A stretch of 64,000 bases of DNA from Trichinella spiralis (Eukaryota), in contig NW_003526943.1 of assembly GCF_000181795.1 (NCBI RefSeq), positions 8,033,792-8,097,791 on the forward strand, read 5' to 3'. A model generated the notes under the pieces. The model searched no databases. It was not told the DNA's origin and was given only the letters and a program-made list of their open reading frames with translations. This document shows, one piece after another, positions 14,370 through 31,599 of the stretch (its first letter is position 1; each line of letters begins with the position of its first letter). Both the position numbers and the translations under genes were made by a program.

Positions 14370-15162
14370 ACAGTAGTAATATTGAACGTGCATATCAAAA
14401 GATGTTTATTATAAAAATGAATGCAATAATTGATCAAATAAAGCAAAATACTAATATAATTTTGCAGTAGTAAAAAATTTGATACTTCATAGTTTTCAGC
14501 TTTCAAATATGATGATGTATCGATTATTTTTTAAAATAACCTTCATATTAAAGCAAAAACAATGTAATTAATTATCTTTGTCATTTAATAATAAATAAAT
14601 ATTATTAAACGGAACTTATTAACAAAATATCACCATTACTTTCATAAAACTTCTTGCTTAATTTCTAACAAGCAAAAGCTAACAAAGAGAGATTAGAGAT
14701 GCTTTACATTTGAATTGTATGATAATACTTTAAAAAGTACGTTATTATAATAATTCTTACAAATAAAAATTAATTTTCAAAACTTTATTATTAAATTTCA
14801 TTTGTTTTTACAGATTGTTATATTATTCGTACACAACTGTATTATGGGTCATACATTTTTATTTCAGATGTGGGAATGTTAAAAAGAACAGTTTTATACA
14901 ACAAAAAATATTTTTGTGTATTTCATTATTTCGGGAATTTCACTGCTGTGATTAAGCAATATATTGGATTCTTTCAACATTACATAATTATGCATTCAAG
15001 TCAAATTTATGTCAAAAAAATTAATTTAACTTTAAAACACATACAAAATATTATCTAAGAAGTAAATGTATGAAAAAAAATTATGAAATCTTTACAAAAG
15101 CATCAAATTTTTATTTATTATTTTTTCAATTCAAAATGAATATTTATAATTAATAAACATCA

Positions 15163-15234
15163 TCCTCGGTAGTATAGTGGTGAGTATTCCCGCCTGTCAC
15201 GCGGGCGACCCGGGTTCGATTCCCGGCCGGGGAG
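15163..15234 (+). tRNA. tRNA-Asp(GTC), copy 1
   Basis: 72-nt cloverleaf TCCTCGG...CCGGGGAG, anticodon loop CTGTCAC, T-loop GGTTCGATTCC, T-run terminator downstream. Confidence 0.97.
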
Positions 15235-15859
15235 AATAGAATAATATTTTTGCCATAAATAATAAAATGGCAAATTTTCGAAAAGTTTACACTTTACAAA
15301 ACTTTAAACGAATTGCCAGTATAATAATATTAGTAGATTAGATTGGAACAGCATTTTCCTTCATGAAAAAATACATCGTCAGGTATAAACATTAAACTTG
15401 CTGACAAGGAAAAATTTCTGGCAAAATCACTAATCGCGGGTAATAAAATAAAGCTTTTCAAATGATAAACCTTTATGCGACATTTGATCACGTTAAAAAT
15501 GTACATATTCATATTCATCACTTCACCATAGTTTTGTTCAATAAAGCACAAATCTGAGACTGAAAGAGATAAATAAAACGCATTGCAGAAAAATATTTCC
15601 ACAAAAAACTTTTACCTTTTATTCTTAAATCAGCAAAACAAACCAAATATAATTTAATCACTTACATAAACATAATACACCAACATTATACTCCAAAATT
15701 CTTCAAAAATATTAGCAACTTCTTAATATTTAATTATTTTAAAATAGTAATTTTATTTTTTATCACTCGTTCATATAATCAAATTTAAATATAAATTCAA
15801 AAATGCGTTTTGATAATGTAAATAACTTTATATTTTAAAAATCAGAAAGAATTGTAACA

Positions 15860-15931
15860 TCCTCGGTAGTATAGTGGTGAGTATTCCCGCCTGTCACGCG
15901 GGCGACCCGGGTTCGATTCCCGGCCGGGGAG
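15860..15931 (+). tRNA. tRNA-Asp(GTC), copy 2, identical to copy 1
   Basis: Same 72-nt sequence, followed by GTGCG-TTTTTT (Pol III terminator). Confidence 0.97.
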
Positions 15932-18016
15932 TGCGTTTTTTACTTTACAAGAGCGGCTTCAGCTTTTTCTCTTAGAACAAAAGATAAAAATAAAAGTAGG
16001 CACTATTCTTTGATTTCATACTATGGACTAATATTAATATATAAAGAAATTAAATTGAATTACATTGTTGTATAAATTTGGTTCAAATTGCTCAGATTAC
16101 ATTGTTTTTCAGTAGTCCTTCCTCCAACTGTGAATTGTTAAGGAGAATTCTTTGTAAATATCAATTCAAGACAACAAATAAGCCAATTGAATTGATCAGC
16201 ATAAGATTATGCAATACATGTTCAGCAATCACCAAAGAAACCAAACGCCAAAATGAAACTGTGCATGCGCAGTTAATGTTCTCTGAGATTCATCAATTTC
16301 TGTAAATAGTATTGAAGTTTCAAACAAAGCTCAAAAACTTTCCCAAGGTAAAGTACCGCAAGGTACAGATCTATTCATATAAAGAAAATTAACAACTTTC
16401 TGGTCGTAGAATGTATTCTGGGAGGATCATACTTTCTCGTGCTATTCATCTGTAATTTTCCATTCATTGTTGTAGATTCAATAGATAACCGCTATACACT
16501 AGTTTCAATCTACACAAATCGCAACTACACTTATAAAAATGACTAAGCGTATGTAGAACGTTCATCATTTATTATAGAACATAAACAATTTTTCTTCGTT
16601 CTTTTGGTATATTACAATTTACTTGCTGTAGTGTACTGCATTTCACTTTTACCATTTTCAAGAAAACATGATTTCAAAATGGCACCTATATTTTTTAAAG
16701 CAAAATTGAAAAAACTTTGAAGTTGTCACATATTAATAGTGTTTTTCTGAAAATAATCTTGCCAAGAAAAGCATCGGTCACGGCAAGCAGCCTCTGCTTA
16801 ATCAAGCTATAAAATATGAAGTGCGACTGGAGTTGCTTCCTTAGGCAACAAGCATTGGTTTGATGTCTAGACAGATACCAGAATCTTTTATCTGGAATTT
16901 TCGTTAAGTTCAATGGCTGGCAACAGTTGTGGAAATCAATATTTTTCCTATAAAAGAATTGCATCAAATATTTTGCAAAGGAAGAAAGCGAAACACGTTA
17001 ATAATAAATTCTTACTCTTATTTATTCATTGACAAAATATTTTATACTGATTTTCTTTGTTAATTTTATTCCCTTCTTTTTCTTTTTTAAAAACATAGTC
17101 GAAATTAGTTTTTCACTTTCAGATCTTCTCATCAGTTGATTGGAGATGTAATTTACAGATCTAAAATTTGTATAAAAAGCAAATTACTTAACTTACCTTT
17201 ACATGAATACAAACCTTCTTTTTGAAAGCAAGCTTTTTGTGGAAACTCACAAAATGAGGTAACATAATATTGTTAATTTTAATGTGGAAACGAAAAAATA
17301 TTTTGAAGTTACAAAATGCTCATAGCTATGCACACCTAATGAATTAATAGGTTACATGAACCAATAATAAGCATACTTATATAAATTGATCGTACATAAT
17401 TGAATAAATAGCGGAAAAACAATTGTCATAAATTGAAACAAACATAGTCGGAAATAGGTAATATATTTAATTCATGCATATTATACAGAATAAACATTTT
17501 CATTCAAGAAACTTTAAAATTGTTGCTAAAACTTCATTTCTATTTTTTAAATACTGTAATACAGTAAATATTCTTTGACTATGCTTATTCTGATTTTTGT
17601 ATTTACACTTAAAAGTGATGCGTGAAAAAACGGACTTGTAGCTTGAACAGGCAATGCTTATTTCAGTTTTCATTAAAACATTTATTTTATCGCTGACATT
17701 AAGTTTATTATGCAACTACAAAAAATTCATACCGATATACTTTTAAGGTTCGAAGCATTCACAAATGGAACGCTCCAGTAATTTCCTTCAGTTTTGCAAT
17801 TTTTATTTAAATTTCAAGCTTTCATCCGTTTTATTGTCAATATGATTCATTATTTAAAATTATAAATTCGTATCAGTTAAATATAACAACAGAAATTAAA
17901 TGAAATAATTTATTTCTGAATACCACCGTATCTATATCAATCATCATAATTGAATATGGCGTTGAATAAATACCCTCATTTGGCTGGAAAACGCTGAAAT
18001 ATTTTGACAAATTCAT

Positions 18017-19009
18017 TTAAGGATTGTAAAAATGCAAAAACCACAGAGTCAGTGTCAATACAATACTGATGAACATAAACCAAAAACGATCGCTTGCCTT
18101 TTTACCAATAGCTTGTCTAATAGCGTTGTTGCTTATGCGCATGAACTCCACCGATGACAAGGCGCTTTGACCAATCTTATCTATAACTTCCTCCTGAGAG
18201 CATATATTTTCAACAAACGTGCGCTGCAAATCAGAAATTTTCGTAATTTGCGCTTGCAATTTGTCAATGTCACTCTTCTCGGTTGCTAATGTTTTCTTCA
18301 ACGTCAGCTGTTCCATTTCAAATTTCTGCGCCTCGGCATCGTCAAAATCGACATCAAAACGCTCTTTGTCTTTTTCTAATTCTTCCTGAAGAAGCGCTCG
18401 ATTTACTACCATACGCCTGCGCACCGAATCTTCCGTACCATCAGCATGCTGGTTAGGGGTAGACACTGGATAATTTTTCACATGCTCGTGACCCTTTTCA
18501 GAATACTGTCGATTAGCCTTCACCAAATTTTTCAGCTTCGATTCAACCTGAAGTCGTGAGCTACGTTGCGCACTGGCAGCATTTATGGCGCTGTGATTAA
18601 CAGTTAGCGTGTTCAAAATCCTCCGCAAACTTTGCAAAACTGCTTCATTGTGGTTTTGACGTTGTTCCCCTAATCCTGTGAGCTTTTCTTGAATTTGAAC
18701 CATCTTTTTCAGCATCACTTCGCATCCGCCAATCACACTAACGGCAAGTCTGTCCAACTCTAAATGCTCTTGCTGACTCACCAAGCAACTAATATCGTAC
18801 AAATTCTCTACGGCCGTATAATTGCGCTTATAATTTGAAATAAATGTCTCCAACTCTATCAAATCTTTTAACAGTGCTTGCGTCTGCTTAGAAAAATCGA
18901 CGATGTCAGGGTTTCTATTAACCGAAGGCGAGGCAGTCGAATTCACCAGCCCTTTCCGAGTCGTTTGGATTATTTTCGTCCTTGCCAGAAACAGCGGATG
19001 TATATCCAT
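18017..19009 (-). CDS. STX18: Syntaxin-18/Ufe1-like ER Qa-SNARE, single coding exon (330 aa)
   Basis: Starts MDIHPLFLA (STX18-type N-terminus); SNARE motif with Q layer (ISDLQRTFVENICSQEEVIDKI); C-terminal TM ending LWFLHFYNP. ATG is preceded by an acceptor-like CACAG. Confidence 0.85.
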   Translation of the reverse strand: MDIHPLFLARTKIIQTTRKGLVNSTASPSVNRNPDIVDFSKQTQALLKDLIELETFISNYKRNYTAVENLYDISCLVSQQEHLELDRLAVSVIGGCEVMLKKMVQIQEKLTGLGEQRQNHNEAVLQSLRRILNTLTVNHSAINAASAQRSSRLQVESKLKNLVKANRQYSEKGHEHVKNYPVSTPNQHADGTEDSVRRRMVVNRALLQEELEKDKERFDVDFDDAEAQKFEMEQLTLKKTLATEKSDIDKLQAQITKISDLQRTFVENICSQEEVIDKIGQSALSSVEFMRISNNAIRQAIGKKASDRFWFMFISIVLTLTLWFLHFYNP

Positions 19010-20391
19010 TATTAAAAACTGTGTGAATAGGATAAAATATGAAAAGAACAATTAACGTTAAAATTACAATTCTTGAACAGCTGAAAACTAATGCTGCATA
19101 CAAAAAATGTTGAAATTACGGTAATACAGTACAAACCTACCGATCATTATTGAAATAGTAAGCGCGTTTGGAAGTGCATCAAAGTTGGGGTGTATTTATA
19201 ATTTATATTTCACGCGTTTGTTTTGATCGTTGTTGTTTAAGTGTTATGCAGGAAATGTTAAATATCTTTTGTTTTATTCACAGTGTTTGGGTATGTATAA
19301 AATTATGATAGTTTAGATATGCTGTTGTATGCAGTTTGTGTTTTAAAGCGAACCGGAAGGTGGCATCATTTGTGTTTAATGTTATTAACATTTACTTTGT
19401 ATGCAGTCTTTCGGTTGAGAAGTGCTGTTTTGAAGTTCTTAAACGTGTTTTCAATAACAAATGGATATTACTGCTTTATCATAAGCATTTTGGTGTTGTC
19501 GAAACGTGTTGCGTAGTCCGAAATTTCCACTTCCTATACAAACATTCTTTAAATAATTACGATGCTTACATATGTGTGACCTACAAACGTTTACGATATG
19601 TTTTAAGCTGCATTGCTGATAATCAAAGCGCTTTCATGGTTTTGTGACACTTGAATACAGCTTCACTGATGCATGCTGTTAATTTTGTTTCTATTTCTAT
19701 AATTAGAGTTATTTTTGACGTATTGAAAAGATTTTTCTTATTTTCATTTCATGTGACAAGTGTAGAGCAGAAAGATTGCTGTTGTTAATTGAGTTAGTTA
19801 AAAGCTTTTTGATTAGAGGCTAGTTGCCTGATCAGATGAGAGATGTTTTTGTCATTTTGAACAAGCTTTTCTCATTGTGGGCACTTTGGGCAAATTGCTT
19901 TTCTAGATAAGTTTCGAAAAATAAATTCGAAACTTATACTTGTGTATAAAAAGGGAGATTTTCACAAATGTTTTTACTAGGAGTTGGAGGGAAATGTTCG
20001 TTTTTTGAGTAATTGAAATTTGCGCTGCGTTGAGGAGATTTACACACAGCCGCGCGTAGACATCTTGGCTATATAAGTTTTACATTTGGCCAGGGCAGAT
20101 GCTATTTGCTTCTGGCCATTGACGCTTGACGGCGGCGGCGATGGATGCGGCGTGGTCGTTGTTCGAGGCCATGTTCCAACATTTTTAACTGAACGTTGAA
20201 AATTGATTTATAACGGGATCAATGGGATTTGATTTGAGTTTTTCACGTAAGCTTTAAATCGCAGGTTCGGCCGTGACAACCAGCCATGCCATGAGAAGAA
20301 AAAATTTTTTCATATTTGCATTCTAATTTTAGTTTCTCTTTTTCAGTTTGTTTCGTTTGGTTCTTCGAAATCAAAAACCTGGCACACAATC

Positions 20392-21902
20392 ATGTCGTTG
20401 CCAGTGCTTTATCGTGCTAAGCGTCTCGCAGACGAAAAGCCTTTTGCTTTGACGGAAATTTGTTCGAAAAAGCAACGCCTCGACGAAATTTCTCCCCCAC
20501 TAAGCGGTGGTGAACCTGTGACGCTGGATTCGCAGCTGTTGAACGATTTGAGAAGTTCCGTTCCGTCAACATGCTTGCAAAAGTGGAAAAAATTGAAGCT
20601 CGTCGACCTAAAGCGTTCGACCACCGGCTCGGATGATGGTGAAGGAGCCGAAACTAGCTGGATGGTGGATACGGTTAGCCTGTTGGATTTGACCGAACCG
20701 AGAAGGAAAAGCTGCAAACGATTTACAATCGACGAGGATGAGAATGAAGACAGTCTTGAGGATTACATCAAGCAGCTATCCTTTTCAGCGGACAAGCGGA
20801 ACAATTTTGAAAGGGAAGTCACTTGCAACGACGTTATTATGGAAAGGTATTCAAAATTATCTGTTTTTGAAATTTCACATCTGAAGAAGAAATTTAATTT
20901 TATGAGATGTGCTTGCATGCGTGCATTCGATTATTTTAATTTTGTTGTGCATGTTCTCGCTATGCTCACAAGTTGCACGCGCATTGAATTGCTTATTAAA
21001 AGTTACAGTAGGACATTAATTGTCAGTTTACTGATTGCTTTTAAACTTTGTTGAATAATCTTTTTCGCGAGAGTATTAAATAAGCTTAAAAAATATTAGT
21101 ATATTTTTCATTTGATTTATTAATTGCATCCGTTTTCAGGTGGCGGTGGAAACATTTGAAATTTTTTGCATTTGAATCTTACTACGTTTATTATCTTTAC
21201 GTGCTTTCCTGTTATGCAAAGAGACGAAAATAAAATTGTAAATTATAGCAAATCATTTGTGTAGTGGTGTTGAAAATAATTTTCTGATGTTCATTTGACG
21301 AAGTAATACAGAATATTATAAAAATTAATTTAAAAAAGTTCAGTCATGTTTCAATATTTTAACATTTTGCAGTTTTTTGTTTCGAAATTTTCGTTTAGCT
21401 TTACTATTTTGACAGTCAGTCGCGGATCACTGAACATCGCAGATTAATCCAATAGTTCAAATTATTAGACATTTGTTCAAAGATTGATATGCACAGTTGA
21501 GACGTGTGTAGAATGTGCGTGTATTTTTTCTAGAACCACATTGGATGACAAATATCTGTGGTCTCGAGTCGACGACTCCGAAGGTATAGTGTTCGATTAT
21601 TTATTTTTGCCTCGCAACGAAGAAAGCCCGGTTCAAGCAGAAGGTATATGCATAGTTTTTTTCAAATTATGAATTTATACAAATATATATATTTTTTTTG
21701 TTTAACAGAAGAGAATTTTTGTTATTGGGAAGATAAAATTGACAACAACGAGGACGACGAAGATTCTGAAGATTCGAACGCAGAAAATTATTACACCAAC
21801 GATTATCCAGAGGAGGAGGTGGAGGATGAATTGGATGAATATTACGAACGCGAGGATGTAAACAGATATTCGAGCAGTGAAGAACACGAATACTATTTTT
21901 GA
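20392..21902 (+). CDS. SLC7A6OS: Iwr1/SLC7A6OS-like RNA polymerase II nuclear import factor (3 exons, about 252 aa)
   Basis: Exons 20392-20846, 21534-21643 and 21709-21902 splice in frame. Contains an N-terminal KR motif, TCNDVIMER, VFDYLF and the Iwr1 signature DSEDSNAENYYTNDYPEEE in an acidic tail. Confidence 0.8.
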
Positions 21903-22255
21903 GAATAACTTTTACGTTTCTTTACCGCTGTTTCAGGCACATTTGTTGACATAAATTTGATTCGTTATCGATTCATTTCAATGTTGTTTGTGCTTTTCAT
22001 TTCAACCATTTGTCATCAGTGTTCAAAAGCAGCGAAGCTGCGTTCTTTGAGCTGAAAAAAACAACAAAAAATTGATTTCTGTCTTTGATGAATAATATTC
22101 AGGTTTTTTTGTTCCATACTTGAAGAGAGAGAGAGAAAGAGAGACTCAGTCAATATACTTTGTGACAAAGGGAAAAACATCCAAAGTCGGAGCAGCAGCA
22201 GCAACCGAGCAAGAAAGCTTTTCTTTGGGACATCCGAAGCTCATCCATCCACACG

Positions 22256-24786
22256 ATGATCTCCAACCAGCAGAAGAACGTTGAACTGTTGCAGAACGGC
22301 GGCGCCGTTCTCCAGGCAAACGTCGCAGAGCCGAGGGCGTCGTTGGTTTGGACCGAATTTTGCGAAAGTTGCGCCAAATTTGCAGCCTACGATTTCGCCC
22401 AAAGCTGGCGCAATTATTTGACGTTGAATCCGCAGATGATCGACCGCGTCAGCGAGCAGGAAGCGGCGGCCAAATTTGTCCAAGCTTTCGGGAGCTATTT
22501 CGAAAACGAAGCTCGACGCATTTGCCGCAGCTCGAGATTGTTGAACGAGTCGATCATCTCTTGTGGAAGTCACATTTTGCCACCCGAACCTGGAACTAGC
22601 AGGTAAGTTGGTTCAATTGCAATTGTATTTCAAAGGGGGTAGGTTTTTTTTCTTTGTTTTTTATTATTAAATTTTCTACAGTAAACTTTTTCATTATTTT
22701 GAAAATCAAGTTCAAATACATATGGATATTATAGCAATTTTGTCTTTTATATACATATACATATTTTTTTGTCAAAGAAACGGTGCACCTGCTCAGTATG
22801 TGAACAGTCTTTGCTCGTCGGAGACGGACAGCGATTCGTCGTTGAATGATGCATTGTCCACAGATTATGATATTAAAAAGAAGAAAAACTTTTTCACTCG
22901 TTTCTCGTACAAAAGTATGAAGAGGTCGTTTTTCAAAAAGCAATCCTCGGATGAGACGGTCTTTGCGCCCGGAAGCAGCGACTGCGATCCGGCAAGGAAC
23001 AGTCTTCTGTTGATGAAGCATCGGAAAAAGGGCAAAGCCGGTGCCGGCACCACTTTGCTGACCACCACGAAAACTGTGGTCGAGGTGGTTCGCGAGGGGA
23101 GTGTCAATTTCATATGCGGCAAAGAATTGGACGGTGAAAATTGGGAAAAGGGTCGAATGGTGCTTGTTAAAACGGCCGGAGGTTATTTGCTTGAATTCTA
23201 CTCGCCTCCGAAAGCGTCGAAGCCGAAAAATGGTATTTTTTGCTTTTTGATCACCGAAGTGCGTGAAACCACTGTCCTGGAAACGCCCGATTGCGAGCAC
23301 ACGTTCGTTTTGAAGGTATTGCTGAATTTGTTGATTAATATTTTAAAATTATCTGTGTATACAAACGGGTATAGATTTGATTTGTAGGCAGAAAATTTGA
23401 AAGAGTACATTGTACAGGCGAAATCTCACAAAGACATGCGTTCGTGGTTGTCCGTATTACGATCTTGTATGGATAATTCTCTTTGTACGGAAAATGCGGC
23501 CACAAGTTCTGAAAGGCTGTAAGTTTGTTTTTCCGTTGAATGCAGGAGGCAGTATTTTGATAAAAAAGCATTTCACTTGTTGTTTATTTTATTCGAAATC
23601 ATTTTCCAGTAGCATAATTGCCAACGCGTGTACGAAGACAGACAGCGGCTACAGGTCTGGAGATTTTCATTCACTGCCATTGAGAGGTAAACTGCTGCTG
23701 TATTATTTATTTGTTGTTTTATTTTTTTTTATTTTGCACATTTCATTTCTCGAAAAGGTTCCTCGGGTACGCGCAAAACGCCCCACATCCGACTCAGCTC
23801 GTTGTTCACAGGCCGTGATCTCACTGGATCATCAGCAAATCATAGTCATTTGGCTTCGCAGTTGCGTCGCAGCTACAGCAGCAGCCAGGCATCGCATGTC
23901 AACACGGCAGTGCGCCATTTGCATTCCAGCGGTAGCGCACTGTTGAACAGTCTCAGAGGCTTGCAAATGTCCACCGGTGCTATTCATGATAACAGTTGTC
24001 CGTTTGGTGGGTTTTCTTTTTATAAATTATTAGTATTATTTGCATAAAAATTGAATTTTGTTAATTTTCAGGAATTTTGAGAATGTTGGAAAATTATCCT
24101 TGGTTTCATGGAAGTTTATCTCGTAGAGATGCAACCAATTTGGTGGTCCAATGCGGCGTTGATGGCCACGGTTTGTTTTTGGTGAGGCAATCCGAAACAA
24201 GAACTGGTGAATATGTGCTCACGTTCAACTGCTACGGTCGAGCTAAGGTAACAGTTATAAAAACTGAAATAGCAGAGGATAAGAAAACAAACGTTTTTTT
24301 ACATATTTGATTTCAATATTATTCTTTTAGCATTTAAGAATAACAGTGTTGGCGAGGGGTCATTGTCGAGTACAGCATCTGTGGTTTGAGTCAATTTTTG
24401 ACATGCTCGATCATTTTCGTTCCCATCATATACCGTTGCAAACTAGCGCCAGAGATAACCATTCCGCTAATGTTGGCGTAATGCTGCTCGACTATGTCAT
24501 TGGTAATAATGAACAGCATACTTTCTCTAATTACGTGATTTATTATGATGTTGATGTTCCACGAACATTACATTCATTACAGATTAACTGTAACTTGATT
24601 TTAGTCTGGCCTCCGCAACAAGGGCGACAAATCACAACTGGACCTGTGGATCCTAGAAATTACATGACCCACGGCGGCTCGGTGCGTCTGACCACCAGAA
24701 GTTTGGAACAACTGGCACTTGAACAAAATTATCAACATCCAACAGCAGTGCATGGCAGAGCTGAAAATGCATATCAGTTCACCTGA
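22256..24786 (+). CDS. SH2B: SH2B/Lnk/APS-family adaptor (Phe-zipper, PH, SH2; 8 exons, about 623 aa)
   Basis: Exons 22256-22602, 22778-23315, 23388-23518, 23610-23686, 23758-24006, 24072-24247, 24331-24502, 24605-24786, all phase-compatible. Motifs: [17 protein letters not shown] (Phe zipper); [13 protein letters not shown]...[12 protein letters not shown] (PH); [10 protein letters not shown]...[18 protein letters not shown] (SH2); C-terminal ENAYQF. Confidence 0.92.
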
Positions 24787-25302
24787 TATTGTCTATCTGC
24801 CTTTTAAATCAAGATCTGCTCTGGATCTCACAACAGTGGAACGACGTTTTTTTGTATTGTTTCTTTTCTGCATGTAATTTTTTCTTTTAGATACCTCGCG
24901 ACCATTGCCACGGTCGTGCTGCAATGCTCACGCAATATCTATCTATTTATGTCTAGTCAGTCTTTTTTGGTTTTGAAACTTTAATTAAATTTTTTCTGTT
25001 TCTCGGTTACGATGAACCATCTATCTATCTCACTACCAGTGAAGTGAACGTTCATTTCTTTTTCTTTTCTAGCAACTGTTTTCACGGAATAATATATTAA
25101 TAACTAGTTAGTATTGTACACCGTGTGTGTTCTTTGCTCTGTATGTTTCTTTGAAGTAAATGATTTTTACAAAAATTTATTTTTATTCATCATCTTCTAC
25201 GTGTATATATATAATCAATACGATCAATCATATCAATATTTAACACGACAAAGCAAATATAGATACTTTTTCACTGCAATTTTTTCCCAATAAAACGCAG
25301 TT

Positions 25303-25938
25303 TCAATCAAATGCAGCCTGACGCTCTTTCAATCCTTCCTATAAGCGTAATAGTAGTTGGTGAATTTCAGAATAAAATTATACACCGTTTATCACTGGGC
25401 TTACCTTCAATTTCTCCTCAACATGATCGCACATGGTTACCAAGTCGGACAATGCCAACTTCATAACTCGAATGGGATGAACGTCCGGTGTCGTCTGCAG
25501 TCTCAAGTAAATTTTATGCTCCAACGGATGCGGAGCTCGAAAACCAACAAATAACACCTTCGGATTGGACATCAGATGGCTAAACGAGCAAGCAATAATA
25601 GCGTGAATAAGAAATTTCATAAATGGAAAAAAAGATGTTTTCAATACTCTTTGATCAAATGGCCGATGGTGTGATCTTCCTTGTTTAAAGTGAATAAATA
25701 AGCGTTAGGTACTTTGGTTTCTTTTTGAACAACGAGTCTGCGAACAATTTTATGCATGTAATATACATATTAATCGTACAACAAATGATGCATATTAAGA
25801 AAATATATTTATGGAATGTTAATAAATTACCTCAATTTACATAAAAATAAAAACTTCATATTAAATGAAGCATAAGCCAACTTACTTTTCTTCGCCTTCA
25901 AAAAGCAAAAACGATTCAAACGCTTGCGGTGCATTCAT
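25303..25938 (-). CDS. RPB11: RNA polymerase II subunit RPB11 (4 exons, 117 aa)
   Basis: Exons 25938-25886, 25737-25648, 25579-25405, 25338-25303 give [78 protein letters not shown]... Confidence 0.95.
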
Positions 25939-26011
25939 TTTTTTTGAAGAAGCAACTGCAGCTATGAACGATAAGAATAATAATAATTCCAAAATAACTG
26001 ACAAAAAAATT

Positions 26012-26089
26012 AAAGTACGTAATGTACGCTGAACAACACTACAGCAAACTGATAAAGTGTTAGAAGAAAACATATTCAGCCGTTTTATT
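26012..26089 (-). promoter_or_regulatory. Intercistronic signals: AATAAA (26089-26084) and Ur-like element (stem-loop 26028-26018 plus TACTTT 26017-26012)
   Basis: The minus strand reads ...GAATAAAACG... then CGTA-CAT-TACG-TACTTT, about 50 nt upstream of the acceptor TTCATAG (25968-25962) that precedes the RPB11 ATG. Confidence 0.55.
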
Positions 26090-26168
26090 CAACTAATAAA
26101 TATGAAATAATACATAATAATATAAATGAATATTGAATGTTCAAACTGAAGCTGTATTTTGAAGGACA

Positions 26169-30925
<4,757 letters not shown>

Positions 30926-31599
30926 TTTTCAAAACAATGCTTGAAGAAGTTTTCAAACAAAAGCAAAACCTAAAGTAACAATATATTAACAAAATATATT
31001 TTAAAAAATAAAAAATTCTGAAAAATGAGACTAACTAAAGACACAAGAAACAAATGACCACACTGTTGTGTTCCCAACAACTTTCAATGTTCACGAGAAA
31101 AAAAATTAAGATGTATTTTATGTAGAATTTTTATATCATTTAATTTGTATGCACAGACATTTTAAACATTTTATCTGGCAAATAAAATACAAAAATAATT
31201 ATAATAAATATAAGCTTCGTATTAAAATTATTAAAAAATAAAGTAATAAATACAGTAATAAAATACAAATGTATGGATACAGTAAGATTCAAAAGGTCAC
31301 TGATTGTGAAAAATAATTATTCCCGAAAGAAAATTAAGCAAATTATGAACTTTTAAATGAAAATGGAAATTTAAATTAATTTTGTTTTCATAAAGCACAT
31401 GATCACAGAAATCTCATTACAAATAAGCGCTACCAACAATTAATAAACAGAAAGAGATAATCAAGCTTTAAAATTTGTGTTTTATAAATTCAATTAGATT
31501 ACGTTGATTATATAACTTTGTAACGCATAAATAATGCATTATAAATAATTTAAATGATTTTTTTTCATACACTGCAATTTTAACATAGGCAAGTATTAC

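Noticed and set aside
16050..17270. Possible gene downstream of STX18 on the minus strand
   Set aside because: A donor at about 17196 and acceptor at about 17161 exist, but the spliced frames hit stops quickly and show no recognisable protein.
17728..17800. SL RNA-like segment (...TACCGATATACTTTTAAG|GT...)
   Set aside because: Weak donor context, no convincing stem-loops or Sm site.
22596..23300. 234-aa minus-strand ORF and other ORFs overlapping SH2B
   Set aside because: Antisense to well-supported SH2B exons and running through an intron.
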